From Lophium mytilinum (lineage: Eukaryota), in contig MU004184.1 in assembly GCA_010093605.1 (NCBI GenBank), forward strand, positions 1,560,801 through 1,624,800: a DNA stretch of 64,000 bases, given 5' to 3'. Below the pieces are notes generated by a model. The model searched no databases and was not told the DNA's origin. It saw nothing but the letters and a program-made list of their open reading frames with translations. Both the position numbers and the translations under genes were made by a program. Positions 62,582 through 64,000 of the stretch are shown here, piece by piece. Position 1 is the stretch's first letter. Each line of letters begins with the position of its first letter.

Positions 62582-64000
62582 CTATACCATCTCATAACCC
62601 CCCAACTTCTCCGGCTTCTCCACACTCCCCGCCACCAGCGCGATCAACGCCGCACCCACCCCACTCCCATCCTTCGCAATACCAATCCTCACACTCTTCT
62701 CCCCCTGCACCCCAATCTCCGGCACCTCCCGCAGCGCCTCACGGATATAGCTCTCGAACTCAGGATAGAACTCAACCAAGCTGCCATCAACACCAATATC
62801 AATGACATCGTCTTCCGTCACCTCATCCACCGTTCCGCGCGCAGGCTCCAGATTCTCCTTCGCCTCGGTCGTCTTTGTGCCAGAGGGCTTCGAGGTGCCC
62901 AACCGGCCCGTCTCGATCACGATCGCGCCAATAGCGACGGCCGCGAGGCGCGCGGCGCGCTTCCCGACGGCGTTGGCGATGAGCTTGACGGCTTCCGCGT
63001 CTTCGGCCGACACGGCGTTGATGCCGTAGTCCTTATCCAGCGTCTGGCGCGTGATGCGGAGGCCGGCGCTGCTGTCGCCCGCGCAGATGCTCAGGAAGCT
63101 GGTGTCGATGCCCCATTGCTTCCAGATGGGCGACGACTCGGCGATCTGCGTTGTCGAGTGGACGTCGTTGGTGGCCGAGTTGTCGTCGCGGAAGAGGGTC
63201 ACGCTGGGGTCTTTGAGCAGGCCGACGAGGGCGAGGCGGAGGATCTCGCCGAGGAACATGCCCGAGACGCGCTTCTCGAACATCTGGATGCCTGGGTTCA
63301 CCGAGTCTTTGTCTAGGGCCGCGTCGTAGGACGTATTTGGGAGGGTGCGGAGGGAGTTGTCGAAGGAGCCCCATTCAGTGTTTACGATCATTTCGCCGGT
63401 TGACTTGTCGAAGTCGCCTGCGTCTTTGTTGTTCAGGAGTTTGCTGACTTTGGATAGCTTTTCCACATAAGCGCCGTTGGTCCCTGTGCCAAATATGGCG
63501 CCGAGGAGAGTGCCCGTCTTGCCAGGGGAGGTGTATGACCGGGCCATGAGGGTTCCAACGGTATCGTTGACCAAGGCAGCCACTCGGACTGGGAGATGTA
63601 GCTCATCTATTTCAGTCTGTAGCAGGGCGCAGACATCCTTGCCCACCGCGTCCTGGATGTCGAAGCCTTTTGTCCAGCGCATCAAGAGACCCTTGTTGAT
63701 CCCAATCTGGTGCACAGGGAAGCTAAATGTGAATCCCAGATTGAAAATCTCCTCTTGCTTGAAACCCCCCACGTTTGAAATCGTAGCCCTTCGCCGGAGA
63801 GTACCAGCATAGTGGTCCGAGTGGTGTGCCTTTAGAAAACCCTCAATCTGTTTGGCGAGGAAGGAGAAGAGCTCTTTGGATGTCTTGGCCACCATCAGCT
63901 CGCGGGGAATGGCGACTTTGCTCTGGGTGAGGGAAAAGGTAGTGTTGCCGTGCAATTGGATGGAGCAGACGCGGAAATTCGTGCCCCCTAGGTCCACTGC
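62582..64000 (-). CDS. glkA: Glucokinase (hexokinase family); 5' end lies outside the window
   Basis: VDLGGTNFRVC, LGFTFSFP, RWTKGF, VNDTVGTL, IFGTGTNGAY, NTEWGSFDN, FEKRVSGMFLGE, KDGSGVGAAL. Confidence 0.9.
   Translation of the reverse strand, partial: AVDLGGTNFRVCSIQLHGNTTFSLTQSKVAIPRELMVAKTSKELFSFLAKQIEGFLKAHHSDHYAGTLRRRATISNVGGFKQEEIFNLGFTFSFPVHQIGINKGLLMRWTKGFDIQDAVGKDVCALLQTEIDELHLPVRVAALVNDTVGTLMARSYTSPGKTGTLLGAIFGTGTNGAYVEKLSKVSKLLNNKDAGDFDKSTGEMIVNTEWGSFDNSLRTLPNTSYDAALDKDSVNPGIQMFEKRVSGMFLGEILRLALVGLLKDPSVTLFRDDNSATNDVHSTTQIAESSPIWKQWGIDTSFLSICAGDSSAGLRITRQTLDKDYGINAVSAEDAEAVKLIANAVGKRAARLAAVAIGAIVIETGRLGTSKPSGTKTTEAKENLEPARGTVDEVTEDDVIDIGVDGSLVEFYPEFESYIREALREVPEIGVQGEKSVRIGIAKDGSGVGAALIALVAGSVEKPEKLGGYEMV

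Overview
Gene-dense, intron-containing nuclear DNA of a filamentous ascomycete (Pezizomycotina-type GT...CTAAC...YAG introns; exact taxon not determinable). I can support 24 protein-coding genes. In order: C2H2 transcription factor, Gin4/Hsl1-like kinase, GFA protein, HotDog thioesterase, sulfotransferase-like protein, ankyrin-BTB protein, nimA, CsgA-like SDR, Rax1-like RGS protein, Cys-rich microprotein, SRR1-like protein, Msc7-like ALDH, Izh3/PAQR, MARVEL-like protein, GH76 Dfg5/Dcw1, FLC/TRP-like channel, a spliced 70-aa microprotein absent from the ORF track, HhH-GPD glycosylase, APT1, two tandem atypical NEK-like kinases, MIC19, a GNAT, and a glucokinase cut by the window edge. No rRNA, tRNA, CRISPR or autonomous transposon was recognised. 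The most unusual structure is the tandem pair of non-RD, DFG-less kinases. One of them carries three copies of a ~130-bp foldback element: upstream (inverted), inside an intron that its paralog lacks, and just after its stop codon. Other signals are a 1.4-kb AUG-free leader with a GTG in strong start context, a 17-bp GNRA hairpin, 7-nt and 12-nt microexons, and recurring C-rich to G-rich compositional switches. All gene names come from motif recognition by eye, not database searches.
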